The notes beneath the pieces were generated by a model, which was given only the letters and a program-made list of their open reading frames with translations, was not told the origin of the DNA and did not search any database. DNA of 64,000 nt, counting the filler, from Gonapodya sp. JEL0774 (Eukaryota): the NCBI GenBank assembly GCA_027604505.1. It is 28 parts of 28 records of this genome, joined end to end, with 100 filler letters (N's around TTAATTAATTAA, not from the genome) between each part and the next. Parts side by side here need not be neighbours in the genome. Positions count along the whole stretch, not along the records: positions 1 to 2,204 come from JADIIX010002140.1; positions 2,305 to 4,508 come from JADIIX010002141.1; positions 4,609 to 6,811 come from JADIIX010002142.1; positions 6,912 to 9,114 come from JADIIX010002143.1; positions 9,215 to 11,417 come from JADIIX010002144.1; positions 11,518 to 13,720 come from JADIIX010002145.1; positions 13,821 to 16,022 come from JADIIX010002146.1; 21 more parts are not named here. One strand, written 5' to 3'. This document shows, piece after piece, positions 1 to 14,131 of the stretch (the stretch's first letter is position 1; each line of letters starts with the position of its first letter). The position numbers were made by a program, and so were the translations under genes.

Positions 1-1233
1 TATATTTCAACAAGGGAAGATTTGGCGGATAAAGCCGAGAAGGTTCATGGTGAGGGTTTATTTACGGCTTGCAGTGGACACCTGGGGAATCGTCGGGCAT
101 CACAGCTCAATTGCTTCCATGCTAAAGGATCGCTCAGCGTATGCCTAGAAGCAAAGATTAAGACTATGAAGCCAAAATTTCATCACGCAACGAGCTCGTG
201 CGGGTTCAAACGCGAGGACCTAGCAGTGACGGCCGAGAGAGTGCATGGTATGTGTTCATGATCTGTGTCAAGGGAGCGTCCAGCCTTCAATCTTCGATCA
301 ACTTGCATCATGCGTGGCCAAAAGGTTCCCTCACGGCATGCCTAAAAGCCAAACTCAATCCAAGTACCATAGATGATGGAGCCTCGCAGTATGTTGGCCG
401 CCATCCATCAAAGATTTGCCCCGATTATGTGATTTACATCGCACGAATACCCCAGATATGCAACTGAGCCCCGACATCCTCAGTGCTTTTTCTGTCTTCA
501 GGTCTCAGACAGATATGTCAACTGGCGTGGTGTGCGATACTGTGACACTTGTCGTCAAAAGCACCAACGGAGCAAGAAGGATGGCTGTAGCAGGAGCGTG
601 GGGATGCGAGAGGTACGTAAATCAATTCATTCACAAGCATGAATATCGGCGAGCAACTTTTTGATGTCTTTCCGATCAGTTCAACCTTGATAAGTCGCAG
701 GCATCGCAAGTTCCCTTCCAGGCGGTTCCTACAACAAAGGTGTTCTGCTATCTGTCCACCAGGCTTGACCTCGCTAAGAAAGCAGAAGAGATTTATGGTG
801 AGAGTTTGTCTTCTCTCTCCATCTCTGAATTGTGTTTCGGCGAGCAACCTATTCTTTTGCATCCTCGCTAGGTTCACTACAAACGTGTCTCGAATTTAAG
901 TTGGCAGGACAAGCAACTGTGAAAGTTCAAAGATAGGAGCTGGGCATGTTGAAGGGGAAATGTCGAGATGGCAACAATCTCCAGTTTCGCCAGTCTGTTC
1001 ATGTGATTTGTTCTGGCCAGTGCAACGGAGATGTGATTTTAAGAAATCTCAAAGCACAAATTACAACTGTCACGGAACTGCCCTCTCAAAAACGGACACA
1101 CGTTGAATGCTGCATGTGCCCTTTCATCATCACGGAAACTGACGTGATCCAGGTCTCACCGGCACGTCGGGATCGGCGAAGCACCACTGCAAGGAACATC
1201 ATGTAGACTTATTGCAGCCCACAGTCCAATATC

Positions 1234-2204
1234 ATGAATAGCGCAGGCTACCTAGATCTCAATGAAAGACCACCGCGGATCCCACGATGGGAGAACGACG
1301 ATGTCTACTCATCCTTTCAGGATGAAGAGGATGGTGAAAGGCTCATGGGCGACGCAGTGAGGCGCCCTCCTTCCATTACACTGATCGAATCGAAAAGCGT
1401 TGGAACCTCGCATGCCGCCAAAATGCCCCTGGGGGAGTTGATGCCAGTCCAAGAGACCGTGGAAAGAGCGAACAACATCACTGCACCAACTACACATCCA
1501 ACATCCGCGAATGAGCGCAGCAAGCGAATCTTTCAGATTCTGGCTTCATTGTTTGACTATTTTAAGCCTCCCTCGGGTCCAATCACGTGGTCTTCGATCT
1601 TCGCAGACCTCCGAGCAGCAACAACAGGCGCCCTGGTCGCAGTTCCACTCAGTCTCGCTTTAGCGATCGCTTGTGGAGGGAACCCTGCGCAAGGAATGGT
1701 CACAACCTTCTGGGCTGGGTTTGTGGCGGCGTTGACCGGTGGCTCAGAGTGGAATGTCATTGGTGCGTGCGGTACTCAGTGCCTTCGTGATTGCTTGGCA
1801 TACCGACGCTCCTCTTGAACCAAACTACCGAAGGTCCAACTTTTGCGCTGGCAGGTATACTATCGGGACAGGCCGCCCAGTTTGGAGGCGGAAATGCTCT
1901 ACCGTACGCTGCCATTCACACCGCCGTAATCATTCTCGCTGTCTGGCTTTTCCGCCTTGCCAAGTATCTAACCTTCATTGTGTGTATGGACTCACTGGCA
2001 TTTTTCGTATGTCTGGCGGAGAGTCTAAAACCACATGGCTTGTTATCGATCTCCTGTGGTTCTATCATAGCCGTCAGGTGTGATTCACGGGTTTGGTTTA
2101 GGAATCAGTCTCATCGTCATATTTGGCCAAATGGACACTGCTATGGGTCTCTCATTCCATCACGAAGAGAAAGAAGCTGTCTGGAAGGCATTGGAAACAT
2201 TCCA
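1234..2204 (+). CDS. SulP/SLC26 anion permease, N-terminal part, spliced and truncated
   Basis: DLRAATTGALVAVPLSLALAIACGGNPAQGMVTTFWAGFVAALTGGS, then after an intron GPTFALAGIL. Matches the SulP N-terminal signature (DLxAGxxVxxxAxPxxxAxA...GGS...GP). Confidence 0.85.
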
Positions 2205-2304
2205 NNNNNNNNNNNNNNNNNNNNNNNNNNNNNNNNNNNNNNNNNNNNTTAATTAATTAANNNNNNNNNNNNNNNNNNNNNNNNNNNNNNNNNNNNNNNN
2301 NNNN
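2205..2304. other. Artificial contig spacer N44-TTAATTAATTAA-N44 (first of 27)
   Basis: Identical 100-bp spacer with stops in all six frames. It also starts at 4509, 6812, 9115, 11418, 13721, 16023, 18325, 20627, 22928, 25226, 27523, 29819, 32113, 34405, 36697, 38988, 41278, 43568, 45856, 48143, 50430, 52716, 55000, 57283, 59564 and 61845. Confidence 0.99.
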
Positions 2305-3274
2305 CCATGAAACTGATCCCAGTCACAAGTCACCACCCTGCGCCACCACGCAGGGTTGTCAAGCCCAGCATTCAATTATTTGAGAACGCATCGGTGCTGC
2401 GATGCTTTTAGTAGTTGCACAACTCATGAAGTTGTGACCCTGCAGCACGAAAAGATCACGGGTTATCAAGGAACCAAGACTACAGATTCTTTTTAAAACT
2501 CCACTTCTTCGAGCAAGTAGGACTGTCACCTTGGCTGCGAAGAGTTCTCTGAGAAAGTTGTTTCTGGCATCCGTTTCTCAGATGCATAAAGAGATCCACT
2601 CAATGATCTACATAGTTCCAATTTTCGTCACATCTCTTCATTTGCTACGAAGCTCGCGCAAGCTGCAGTTGCCCGGACTTTTGCAACGTGATTGGCTTGT
2701 TCGTTGATCATCATTTTGATGATGTATTTGATCCTTCCAATTGATTCGGTTCGACAGGGATATGACGCTAACACGTAGTCTGATGAGAATCTGATAGGAA
2801 AAGTTTGGTCATAGTATGCTGCAATTGTTTCGGGAATGCATGTTGGATTGGACTTTGGACTTGTTGCACTTTCACGTCTATTCATCCCATTGCATGGTTC
2901 ATTTCTAGATCAATGTGTGAAAGCAAAACGTAGCTTTTTTACTTGACCGTCTGGTTCTAAGCGTCAGTCGTTGTCGGGCTGAATATATTCAAGGTCACCG
3001 TGCACCTGACATCATTCACTACGAAGCGTTCGTTTGGCACGATCACCACTGAGGACGTGCGATCAACACGTAAACCCTTACCACGTGACGACAATGTGCG
3101 TTTCCGCTCCTTGTGAGACTCAATTACACTGACTCGTTCTGTCTCTGACAAGCGAACCAGCCTTGAATATGATTTAATTGAAGTTCAGTAGCAATAATAA
3201 ATCTATCCAGGATCTAATTTTCCGACATCCTACAATTTTGTTGTCATCCAAAGTCCCTTCATCATGTCGGTGCG

Positions 3275-4508
3275 TCATCTATTTGCGTGGTTGGGACGGC
3301 ATTTGTTCCCAGTGGCCGATGCGTGGATACAAAGTGCTTGTTGCGAGAAGTTAGAGACCTCTAAAGCTATGGTTCTGCGATTTTTACAGCAATCGCGTAG
3401 GGTGGTAGCGCTGTCTGATGCACTCAACCATGTGATCAGACTCTTCAAATTCTGACACCATTTGTTGCTCTGAAGATTTTCGGACTGAGCTGCAATTCTC
3501 TCTCCCAAATCACTGTTGGTGAAACGTTGATCGCCCAATGTTGTGATCTCATGGATCAGCATTTTTTCACAGCTATTTGGTAGAGTGCCAGCTGCGTCAG
3601 GAGCGCCCTGCTTGACTCGGTCAACTCCGTGTTTGGTGCAGAGTTGAAGTACCCATGGATATTCATTGACAACGTCCAGCTGCGGCCTCATTGTTGGACT
3701 CAAAGCTAGGAGTTTCGTTACGAGCTCACACCAGTTCGGAATTCGACCCCATTCTTCAGCAAAGACGACCACGCCATTGTCACTACGAGTGATATCTGAA
3801 GCATGATTCTCAATGGTGTACTTTCGGTGAAGTCTAGCGGACAAAACCAGCTGTAAGGTTTTGAAACACACAGCCCCAAATGAGTACGAGTCTTCTTTGA
3901 AGGCGTCGAGCAGATAACTTTGTGCAATTGTTTCTCCCGCTGCTGGCAAGGGGGTTGAAGTGATTTCAACCACTTCCGGAGAACCAAAGACCTTGGTGCC
4001 CCCCCGTTCTTGCACAAGTGGAGATTCACGAACGAGTTGTGAGAGACCAAAGTCGATCAACATCGCTTGGGGAGACGGAAATTGGATGACAAGTATGTTT
4101 GATGGTTTCACATCGAGATGTGCGATTCCGGGGTGAGACATTCGGCTGATGACGCATTCATATTACCACTGAGCGTATTCATGAGTGAAACCCTCATTAA
4201 ATGGTGAGCCCGTACTTACCTAAGCGACCCAAGAACTTGCAGCAGAATGGATTCCGTTTCACAAAGTGCAGTCTCCAGGGTGATTTCGTTGTCGATCAAA
4301 GCCAAGCACGTTTCGTGTATCCAAACGCAGAGCGGAATGGTGTATTCGCAGACGAGCACCACTAAATACCCATCTGAGAGAATTTCTTCCATGCCCATGA
4401 TGTTTGGATCGGACCGAAAGAGCAGACCGATTGCTGCCTCTTGTTTCACCTTCATGAGCTTCCTCCGGGTGCTGCCATCTGTCGAATTGTGATCGCCCGA
4501 CACATCAA
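3275..4508 (-). CDS. Ser/Thr protein kinase, non-RD, 5' truncated
   Basis: HLDVKPSN catalytic loop, LIDFGLS, GGTKVFGSPE and DSYSFG. Intron 4219..4146 (GTAAGT...CAG) joins LLQVLGSLS to RMSHPGIAH. Confidence 0.88.
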
Positions 4509-4608
4509 NNNNNNNNNNNNNNNNNNNNNNNNNNNNNNNNNNNNNNNNNNNNTTAATTAATTAANNNNNNNNNNNNNNNNNNNNNNNNNNNNNNNNNNNN
4601 NNNNNNNN

Positions 4609-6021
4609 GAGTGCTGAATCAGAATTGAGAGTGGTAAGAGCGGCACTTCAAGACCATGAGAAAACAATCGGGTTGTGGGAGAAGGTGCGACAATACTTCA
4701 TCAAATTCGTGTGCTGATAGTATTCCCTTCCTCATCACATTCCAACTGAACGCACATTATTTTCAGCTTTGCTCAATCTTGGTTGATTCACATACCCAAC
4801 TGGACGATTTTCTCAATCTCTTGCGATCGACGGTTGATTCTCACCAAGATACGTCCTTGATTGGGTCCTCGGCCGTCATGTGGGAATCATTGGTACAATT
4901 AAGCGAGCGAGTGATAAATAGTCGCACCGCACGTGGTAAGCTGGTGAGCTGGGTAAAGAACTTGGCGCTAGATTCTGAGGCTCATTGTCATGTGTTTCTA
5001 GGTGTTCGAAACTCTTACGAACCTAATTCGTGCTCACGTCTCAGAACGACGCTCTGTCACGGTTGCATCCAACAATTTCACCACAAAAATCGCCCTGACT
5101 TCGCTTGCGTTGTCCCTGTTCCAGTCGGGTTTACTCTCCACTTCCCAAAAACTAACGGTTGCCGACATTATGGGCTCCATATCGGATGACTTGGATATCT
5201 TGGCCAGTCGGCAACCCTTCGAGTCAGATCAGCTCAGCGATATTGACCTTCGTGAAGATTCTGAGCAGAGAGACGAAATTGACGTTCCATCATCGTCGAA
5301 TGTTGAAGTCGGAGCTGCGGAGTTTGCAATACTGGCATCTCTCATTGTCGCAAACGGATCCAGAAGCGTTGATGAGGTTCAAAAGTCGTTGGAGCGGATT
5401 CTCTGGGCAACAAATGGCGCATTGAAAGTTTGTTGCCTCTGAGAAGTATTAGTTGTGTTCACCAACACGAATTCTCACAACGCTCACTAATTTCACAATA
5501 GTGCCACGCACGTGGAGTTTTTCTGGCACGCCATGGGGTAGATCTCGTTCACCCTTTCCTTCGGCACAGTCGACATGGCAGCGTACAACTGGTGTCACTT
5601 GCGTCCAGCTTGCTCGCTTCCGGTCTCGCAACCTCCTTGGAGCTGATTGGTCGAGAACAAGTCGAACCGCACACTATCGATAAATCTTTGGCGATTGATT
5701 TAATCGACTCCTGCGCTGATGCATTGACTGCGGAACCTGTCGGCATAGTTGCAAAGGAACACGTGATCCTTGTTTTGGAGGCTCTGCTGCGCGAAACGTT
5801 GGTACTCAGAGCTTTCGTGTTTACCATGTCTTGCTGAACGTATCGTTTTGGTTCCTTCAAGCTCATATACTCCCCTTCTTTATGGACGCGAAGATTTGAT
5901 GAGAGTTCTGAGAAGGTTGGCGGGCACTTCAACGCCAAGTGACGGTAGTGAATTATTGAATCGTACTTCAGATTTTCTTGTACTCACTGTGCGGTCACTC
6001 CTCAGAAACATGGGGGAATAA
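4609..6021 (+). CDS. Multi-exon helical protein, C-terminal part; resembles CCDC138 C-terminus
   Basis: Successive exons join with GT-AG boundaries. ARGVFLARHGVDLVHPFL, EHVILVLEALLR and the terminal FLVLTVRSLLRNMGE* resemble recalled CCDC138 C-terminal motifs. Confidence 0.45.
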
Positions 6022-6292
6022 TGGTGGTAACTGATACCTGGAAGAAGCACTGCATATTTTCGGGGGGCCGTACAGTAGTCGATCATAAACGCGGTAGAAC
6101 ATCACCTTTCCTGGGTTCGACAAACAACCGTTTCTAACCACTCCGTGCGATATCGTCCTTACTGTGTCGGTCACTGCTGCCTCCACTTGTCTCCGTTGTC
6201 ACAGCAAACAGGTTTCCGATTTCTCCGGGTAGCTCTGGCATCCTCGACGCAAGCTTCTGGCCTCTCGATCGCTCCAGCAAACTGTCCCATCG

Positions 6293-6811
6293 ATGGGAAA
6301 CAGTGACAGCAAGCCAAAACCCACTAGTAATAAGAAGCTCTCCAAGGTGGACGAAGCTGTGTGGGAGCTGAAAACGCAGAGAGATAAGATGAGAACATAT
6401 CAAAAGCAGGTGAGCCTTGATGTGTTTGACTTGAACGAGCTAGAACGTCTTTTCTGATTTGCGATCGTCGCGTTACCATGAATCTTCGTATCTCAAAAGC
6501 TGGAGCGGGTGTTCCAGAAAGAGACTCAAGTCGCCAAAGACGCACTCGCAAAAGGCGATCGCCGACGAGCACTGCTGGCACTCAGAAAGAAAAAGTATCA
6601 GGAAGCATTATTACAAAGGACAGAGAATCAAATGTTCATGTTGGAGCAAATGGTAAGCTAAATCAATTTCGCGTCAGCGTCACAAATGGGTTAACAGTAA
6701 TCTCCCAAAGGTGGATACCATCCACTACAAAGAAGTCGAGAAGAAGTTTTTCGACGCTCTCGTGCAAGGGAATGATGTTCTGAAGCGTCTCAACGCAGAG
6801 ACAAGTCTTGC
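6293..6811 (+). CDS. VPS20: ESCRT-III subunit Vps20/CHMP6, 3' truncated
   Basis: Exons 6293-6409, 6500-6652 and 6711-end give MGNSDSK...ELKTQRDKMRTYQKQ|LERV...AKDALAKGDRRRALLALRKKKYQEALLQRTENQMFMLEQM|VDTIH...QGNDVLKRLN. N-myristoylation motif MGxxxS is present. Confidence 0.92.
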
Positions 6812-6911
6812 NNNNNNNNNNNNNNNNNNNNNNNNNNNNNNNNNNNNNNNNNNNNTTAATTAATTAANNNNNNNNNNNNNNNNNNNNNNNNNNNNNNNNN
6901 NNNNNNNNNNN

Positions 6912-8217
6912 AGAGTACTGTTTGAGAGACACAGAGTGCGAACGCAACCACCATTCCCTAAACCGCGCGCGAGAACTTCCAATCCTGCATCCGTCAACTG
7001 AATTGCAGCATCAAGCCAAAGTACCTGTGTTACACCCTGTGCTACCATACCTGCAACTGCACTCATTGAAGCATCTGTGATACTCTCCGCATGGTGAAGG
7101 TACAGTGCTTTGAGGGGTCGTCTGCACAGAATCTGAATGTCACTATCTGAAAGCAGCTCAGCGCCCAGTGCAACCGTATGAATGTCAGAAATAGTCATAA
7201 GGCCCGAGAGACATGAGGGTGGGAATGGAAACGAAGTAAGGCTATAAAAATATGCGATATCATACACGTGATGAATTCACTAAGAAGTCGCAAGTGAAAC
7301 TCGTCGATTTGAAGCTCACTAGAGGTATTGTAGGTTATGGAAATTCTGAATGAGGACTTCCAGCGCGTCTCGAGCTGTTATGAGGTTGTCCAAGTCACGC
7401 TCCTCAGCCATTACCGCATCCAGCAGATTAAGGCGAGTCAGATTGGGTACCAGTTGAGCAACTTTTGCGAGCGTTGGCAGATGCAAACCGGGAGCCCCAT
7501 TTATTTGGAGGCTCTTTAGAGTAGGGATAGGGCGACATAGGAGTGCGCACAGAACCGCATCATCAAACCACAAGTAATTGATCACCGTGAGCCGTTCAAG
7601 CGCAGGCATAAGTCGGGAGACCCGCTCCCAGTGATAAGTTCTGTGTTCGAAGGATGCTGCGCGGAATACAGGTACATTGGATGCCGTGAAAGAGAGTTGA
7701 GTGAGGCAAAGTAGTCCGTTTTCTGGGAGAGCGACTAGTGCGGATGACAGTAAGCTGTTATGAAGGTGGAAATGCAGCTTCACAAGACGTGAGCATGAAG
7801 TCAAAAATGAGGACAGTGCCTTAAAGGAACACGGAAGTATTTTGTGGCGACAGTGTTGATTCTTCATCCGATTAATTCATTAATAGAGATTCTCACTAAT
7901 GAAAGTCCAGGGTTAACTGGGAGCTCCTGCTCCCAAATATCGAGGTTCTCAACGAGCTTGCCGAGGATTGGAGAGGCCTCCAAAGTTCGTCGCAGAGATT
8001 CCAGATCTTCTGCTCTTCGCTTCAGTGCGTGGGCACGATAAACGGCCGTTGGATCTCGATATAGCCAGATCTTTCCCGTGATGCTCCACTCTCGGCAAAC
8101 CAACACTGTAGGTGCTCGATAACGTGGGTTCAGACACGAAAAGACCACCGCAAGAATCTCGGGAGGTAGGCAACATTCGCGTGAAGCACCAGCGGTAGCG
8201 AGCAAGGTTGATTCCAT
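6912..8217 (-). CDS. F-box/LRR protein, 3' truncated
   Basis: F-box LPPEILAVVFSCL...LVCREW, followed by LRR-like units (LKSLQINGAPGL, LTRLNL, ITDASM, LTDAGLEVL, VRTLCLS). Confidence 0.8.
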
Positions 8218-8628
8218 GACGATTAGGGGGTTCGTCTAGCGTTGTAGTGGGCATGGGTGACTAAACCGGCACTCCACTCCCGTGCTGTGGGAACGGCAAC
8301 CACAACACTGCTCCACCATAAAAATACACCTAACTTCTCGCCTTTTACGCTCTTGACAAGCTGTCGAGACTCACTCTCATGAGTGCGCCCATAAAGGCGT
8401 GTTCAAGACACCAGTGTCGTTCCACACCACTTTTGGAGAGAGAAGTGTGCATGTGTATGCGGTTAGGCTACTATGACTACCACAATAGATTGAATATGGG
8501 TTTTATCTCTTGCTGTACCCTTCCACTCGGGGGTCGTCAGAGATCGTTGCAGCAAAGCACCATAAAGATTCTCGAAATGTCTTTGGTGGTTGTTCATTTA
8601 GTCCGAAGATTTTGCAAATTGCTTTTAA

Positions 8629-9114
8629 CTACTCGTTCTTTTCAATTTCATTAGGTGAAAGCGCAGGCTTCTCTTCGTGATCTGTTGATTCGAGACTCGG
8701 GACGGCGATGGGTGTCTCTGGACTCGGAGCACTATTTTGCGAGACAGATACAGGGCTCAGTGCAGAAGGCACGATGGCGTTCTCATTTGTGGGCCCCAGA
8801 GATTTTAGCGTTTCTCTCTGAGCGAGCCTTATGTACAAACATCCACCAGATGGAGTGCGAGAAGTCAAGAAACGAGCCACTGAGAACAATGGTAATATAG
8901 CTATTGCGACCACTTACACGCCAGATAGCTCGTCCTGGATACTCTTTCGAGCGGAGGTGACCCTCTCCTTAAATGCCTGCGCCATTCTCTCGCGATTTAC
9001 AATCTCCTGAGCAGCCAAAGCGAGCTCTCGCTCCTTCGTTTCAGTTTCGTCTTGGTGCAGCAAGTGTTTTGCGATGTAAGTGATGGAATCTACGTAGATT
9101 GGCTTCTCCTTGAT
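8629..9114 (-). CDS. Hypothetical protein C-terminus
   Basis: Open frame IKEKPIYVDSITYIAKHLLHQDETETKERELAL...IQDELSG, a GTAAGT donor and a final S/P/E-rich exon. Confidence 0.45.
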
Positions 9115-9214
9115 NNNNNNNNNNNNNNNNNNNNNNNNNNNNNNNNNNNNNNNNNNNNTTAATTAATTAANNNNNNNNNNNNNNNNNNNNNNNNNNNNNN
9201 NNNNNNNNNNNNNN

Positions 9215-11417
<2,203 letters not shown>

Positions 11418-11517
11418 NNNNNNNNNNNNNNNNNNNNNNNNNNNNNNNNNNNNNNNNNNNNTTAATTAATTAANNNNNNNNNNNNNNNNNNNNNNNNNNN
11501 NNNNNNNNNNNNNNNNN

Positions 11518-11758
11518 CAGACGTCCTGTACATCTTGTGGGCATTCGGCGTCACCGCAGCCACCGTACGTGTCTGTTTCCAAGCCCTGCACTACCACCTA
11601 CCCTACTCTTACACCCCCCCCCCCCCCCTTGCCCCATCCAGCTCGGATTCCTCGCCAACGCCTGCCTCGACCGCCAACAACGCCGCCACGTCCGCCGCCA
11701 CGTTGATGCTCTCGCGGATTCCGGGGGCGGGGGGTACACGTATTCCGTTGTGGTGTGA
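11518..11758 (+). CDS. 3' end of a membrane protein
   Basis: DVLYILWAFGVTAAT, then a GTACGT...CAG intron, then LGFLANACLDRQQRRHVRRH...YSVVV*. Confidence 0.4.
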
Positions 11759-12688
11759 GGGCGGGGAGTGGCTCCGTGGCTCCGTGGTTCCGCGCCTGGC
11801 GATTTCCGTGCAGTCATCAAAGGCGGTGTACTAAAACTTTGACGAGTATTCTTTCTTTATATTTATGGCATTTGTGATTGAACATGTTACTCGCTGAACG
11901 TCACAACTCTTTTCAAGCCCACGCACTGCACACACACACGACCAAACGGTCAACACACCCCAAGTGCATGTGTCCATTAAGTGTTCAAGTGTCCAAGACC
12001 AAGAAGCCAAGGTATAACCCTGTATGTCTGACATCCGATCTCCGACCTCCGAACGAAACATGAAACGACCAACAACCGAAACAACCACCGAGACTATGGG
12101 GAATATGGGATATGGATTGCACAGGAAATCAATCACGTCATGCCAACAAATTTACAGCCTGCACCACAAAAGCCTCGAATCTTGGGTCTCCGCTCTCCGG
12201 GGTACTTGGGGATGTTGGCAAGGTCGAGCCAGTCGACAGGGAGAGTGGGAAAAATCGCTATGTGGAGCGTCCACTGTCCACCACCGTCCTCTGTCCGCCC
12301 GGTCTCTGTCCACCGTCCTCCACCTCCGTCTCCTCCGCCTCCTCTCCTGGCCAGCGGAAGTTACTAAAAACTAAGACACGAGACACGAGACAGGCCCCGT
12401 GTACGTCGCACTTGTAGTGGAAGGTGGGAAGGCAAAGGGAGGGGTGCCGACCGTCGACATAAATTCCAAAACCACCACAATCACCCAAACACCAACATCC
12501 GACCACCAACACTGCCACACCGCCATACCGACGGCCACCCAAAACCCAACCATTAACCCACACATACACACACACACACAAAAAAAAGAAGAGGAAAACA
12601 AAACAAACAAGGAAACGAAAGCAAGAACGAGAGTGAAAAAAAAAATGAACCCTATTCGTCAAGTAGACGAAGTATCGGAGTAGTCCGA

Positions 12689-12737
12689 GGAGCAGGGAGC
12701 AGGGAGCAGGAAGCAGGAAGCAGGGAGCATGGAGCAG
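12689..12737. repeat. Heptamer tandem repeat (GGAGCAG/GAAGCAG x7)
   Basis: Seven consecutive 7-mers. (CA)n and poly-A tracts lie nearby at 12560-12645. Confidence 0.9.
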
Positions 12738-12876
12738 GGTACGGAAGAGTACCGACACGTCGCGGTGAACAGAGAGCCACGGTCCACGGTCCAGGCCCAC
12801 GTTCTTCCACCAGGTTGTTCCATTGGCTCATTCCGCCTGGTCCCCCCTCAGCGCCGCCCCCTCCCCCCGCCCCCCT

Positions 12877-13695
12877 TCACCACCCTGGCAAAACCTTTCG
12901 GGACGGTTGCCCGTGTGTCTGTGGTGGTGGTGCTGGTGGATATCCCGCCCGACCCCCGCGCTGGCCGTCGTACGCCTCGTACGCGCTCTGGGCGTCGTAT
13001 TGGTCGTCGCGCACGCGCTTGCGCGGGGGACTCGACCCACCCGCACCGCCACCGGGGGCGGCACGGCCTGAGCCGGAACCGGAGGGGAAGGGGAAACTCG
13101 ACCGGTCGCGGTCGGATCCTCTGTCTCTGTCTCTGTCCCGCCCGTCCCGCCCGTCCCCGTACCCCCCCTCGTACCTCCCGTCCCGCCTCGGAGGAGGAGG
13201 TGGAGATCGAGACCTGTTCCGCCGCAACGGGGCGTGGGGACCGGCATGGCCGAGAGGGGGGAAGGGGGGTGGGGGTGGTGGGGCGCGGTCGTGGGCGCGG
13301 TCCGTGTCGCGGTCGCGGTCCCGGCGGTCGAAGGAGTTGCGATCAAAGGAGGAGGAGGAACCCAAACCGCCACCGCTGCGGTTGAACGAGTCGTCCTTGT
13401 CCCTGTAACTGTCCCTCTCACCACGCGGACCGCCGCCCCCGGCGCCACCGAAACTCCCTCCGGGACCTATGGGACCTCGACCTCGGTCCGCGTACGGCCC
13501 TCCACCACCACCACCACCGTAGCCCGCCGGTGGACCTGCACCTGGCCGGCGTCCCATCCCCACACCACCACCTCCTCCTCCACCTCCTCCTCCACCACCG
13601 ACCGGCAGGGCCTTCCACGCCGCGTCCGACTCGGGACCCCACAGGTTGCCGGCCCAGAAGGTGGTGGAGGGACGGGGAGGGGGCCGGGCGAGGTG
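12877..13695 (-). CDS. Terminal exon encoding a G/R/D/P-rich low-complexity tail (RGG, RD, RS), probably from an RNA-binding protein
   Basis: CTGAT branch and CCCCAG acceptor precede HLARPPPRPSTTFWAGNLWGPESDAAW...RGRG...DRDRDR...RSRSPPPP...SRKVLPGW*. Confidence 0.6.
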   Translation of the reverse strand, partial: HLARPPPRPSTTFWAGNLWGPESDAAWKALPVGGGGGGGGGGGGVGMGRRPGAGPPAGYGGGGGGGPYADRGRGPIGPGGSFGGAGGGGPRGERDSYRDKDDSFNRSGGGLGSSSSFDRNSFDRRDRDRDTDRAHDRAPPPPPPFPPLGHAGPHAPLRRNRSRSPPPPPRRDGRYEGGYGDGRDGRDRDRDRGSDRDRSSFPFPSGSGSGRAAPGGGAGGSSPPRKRVRDDQYDAQSAYEAYDGQRGGRAGYPPAPPPQTHGQPSRKVLPGW

Positions 13696-14131
13696 CTGGG
13701 GGGTGAGTCCGCATCAGTGCNNNNNNNNNNNNNNNNNNNNNNNNNNNNNNNNNNNNNNNNNNNNTTAATTAATTAANNNNNNNNNNNNNNNNNNNNNNNN
13801 NNNNNNNNNNNNNNNNNNNNTAATAATCACTCTTTGGTTTCAAACATTCTTTCCCTAATAGTCGTTGAGTTCATGCTGTACGTTCCCTTGTTGTGAATGG
13901 TATGTATGCGAAATTGACTGCGATCGTCTTCATTGGCGGAACATGTACACAAATAAGCTTACTAGAAGTCGTCCATATGCGTGTCACAGAGAGTCTGTGG
14001 CCCAACCGAGAACAGTAAATTTATTACGAGGATGCACTCGCCAAAGCGCGTTTTCATACAACTCGATCGGCACATCCTTCTGCCGAGAACCTACAGGGTG
14101 AAACCTTCGATCGGATACTTTCCCCACAGAT

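Noticed and set aside
2249..2260. Regularly spaced TTAATTAATTAA as a CRISPR-like or biological repeat
   Set aside because: It is always embedded in N44 flanks at contig joins and is an artificial six-frame stop linker.
12258..13776. Multiple long overlapping ORFs on both strands
   Set aside because: These are shadow frames of GC-rich low-complexity sequence. Only the minus-strand RGG/RD frame has a splice acceptor and plausible composition.
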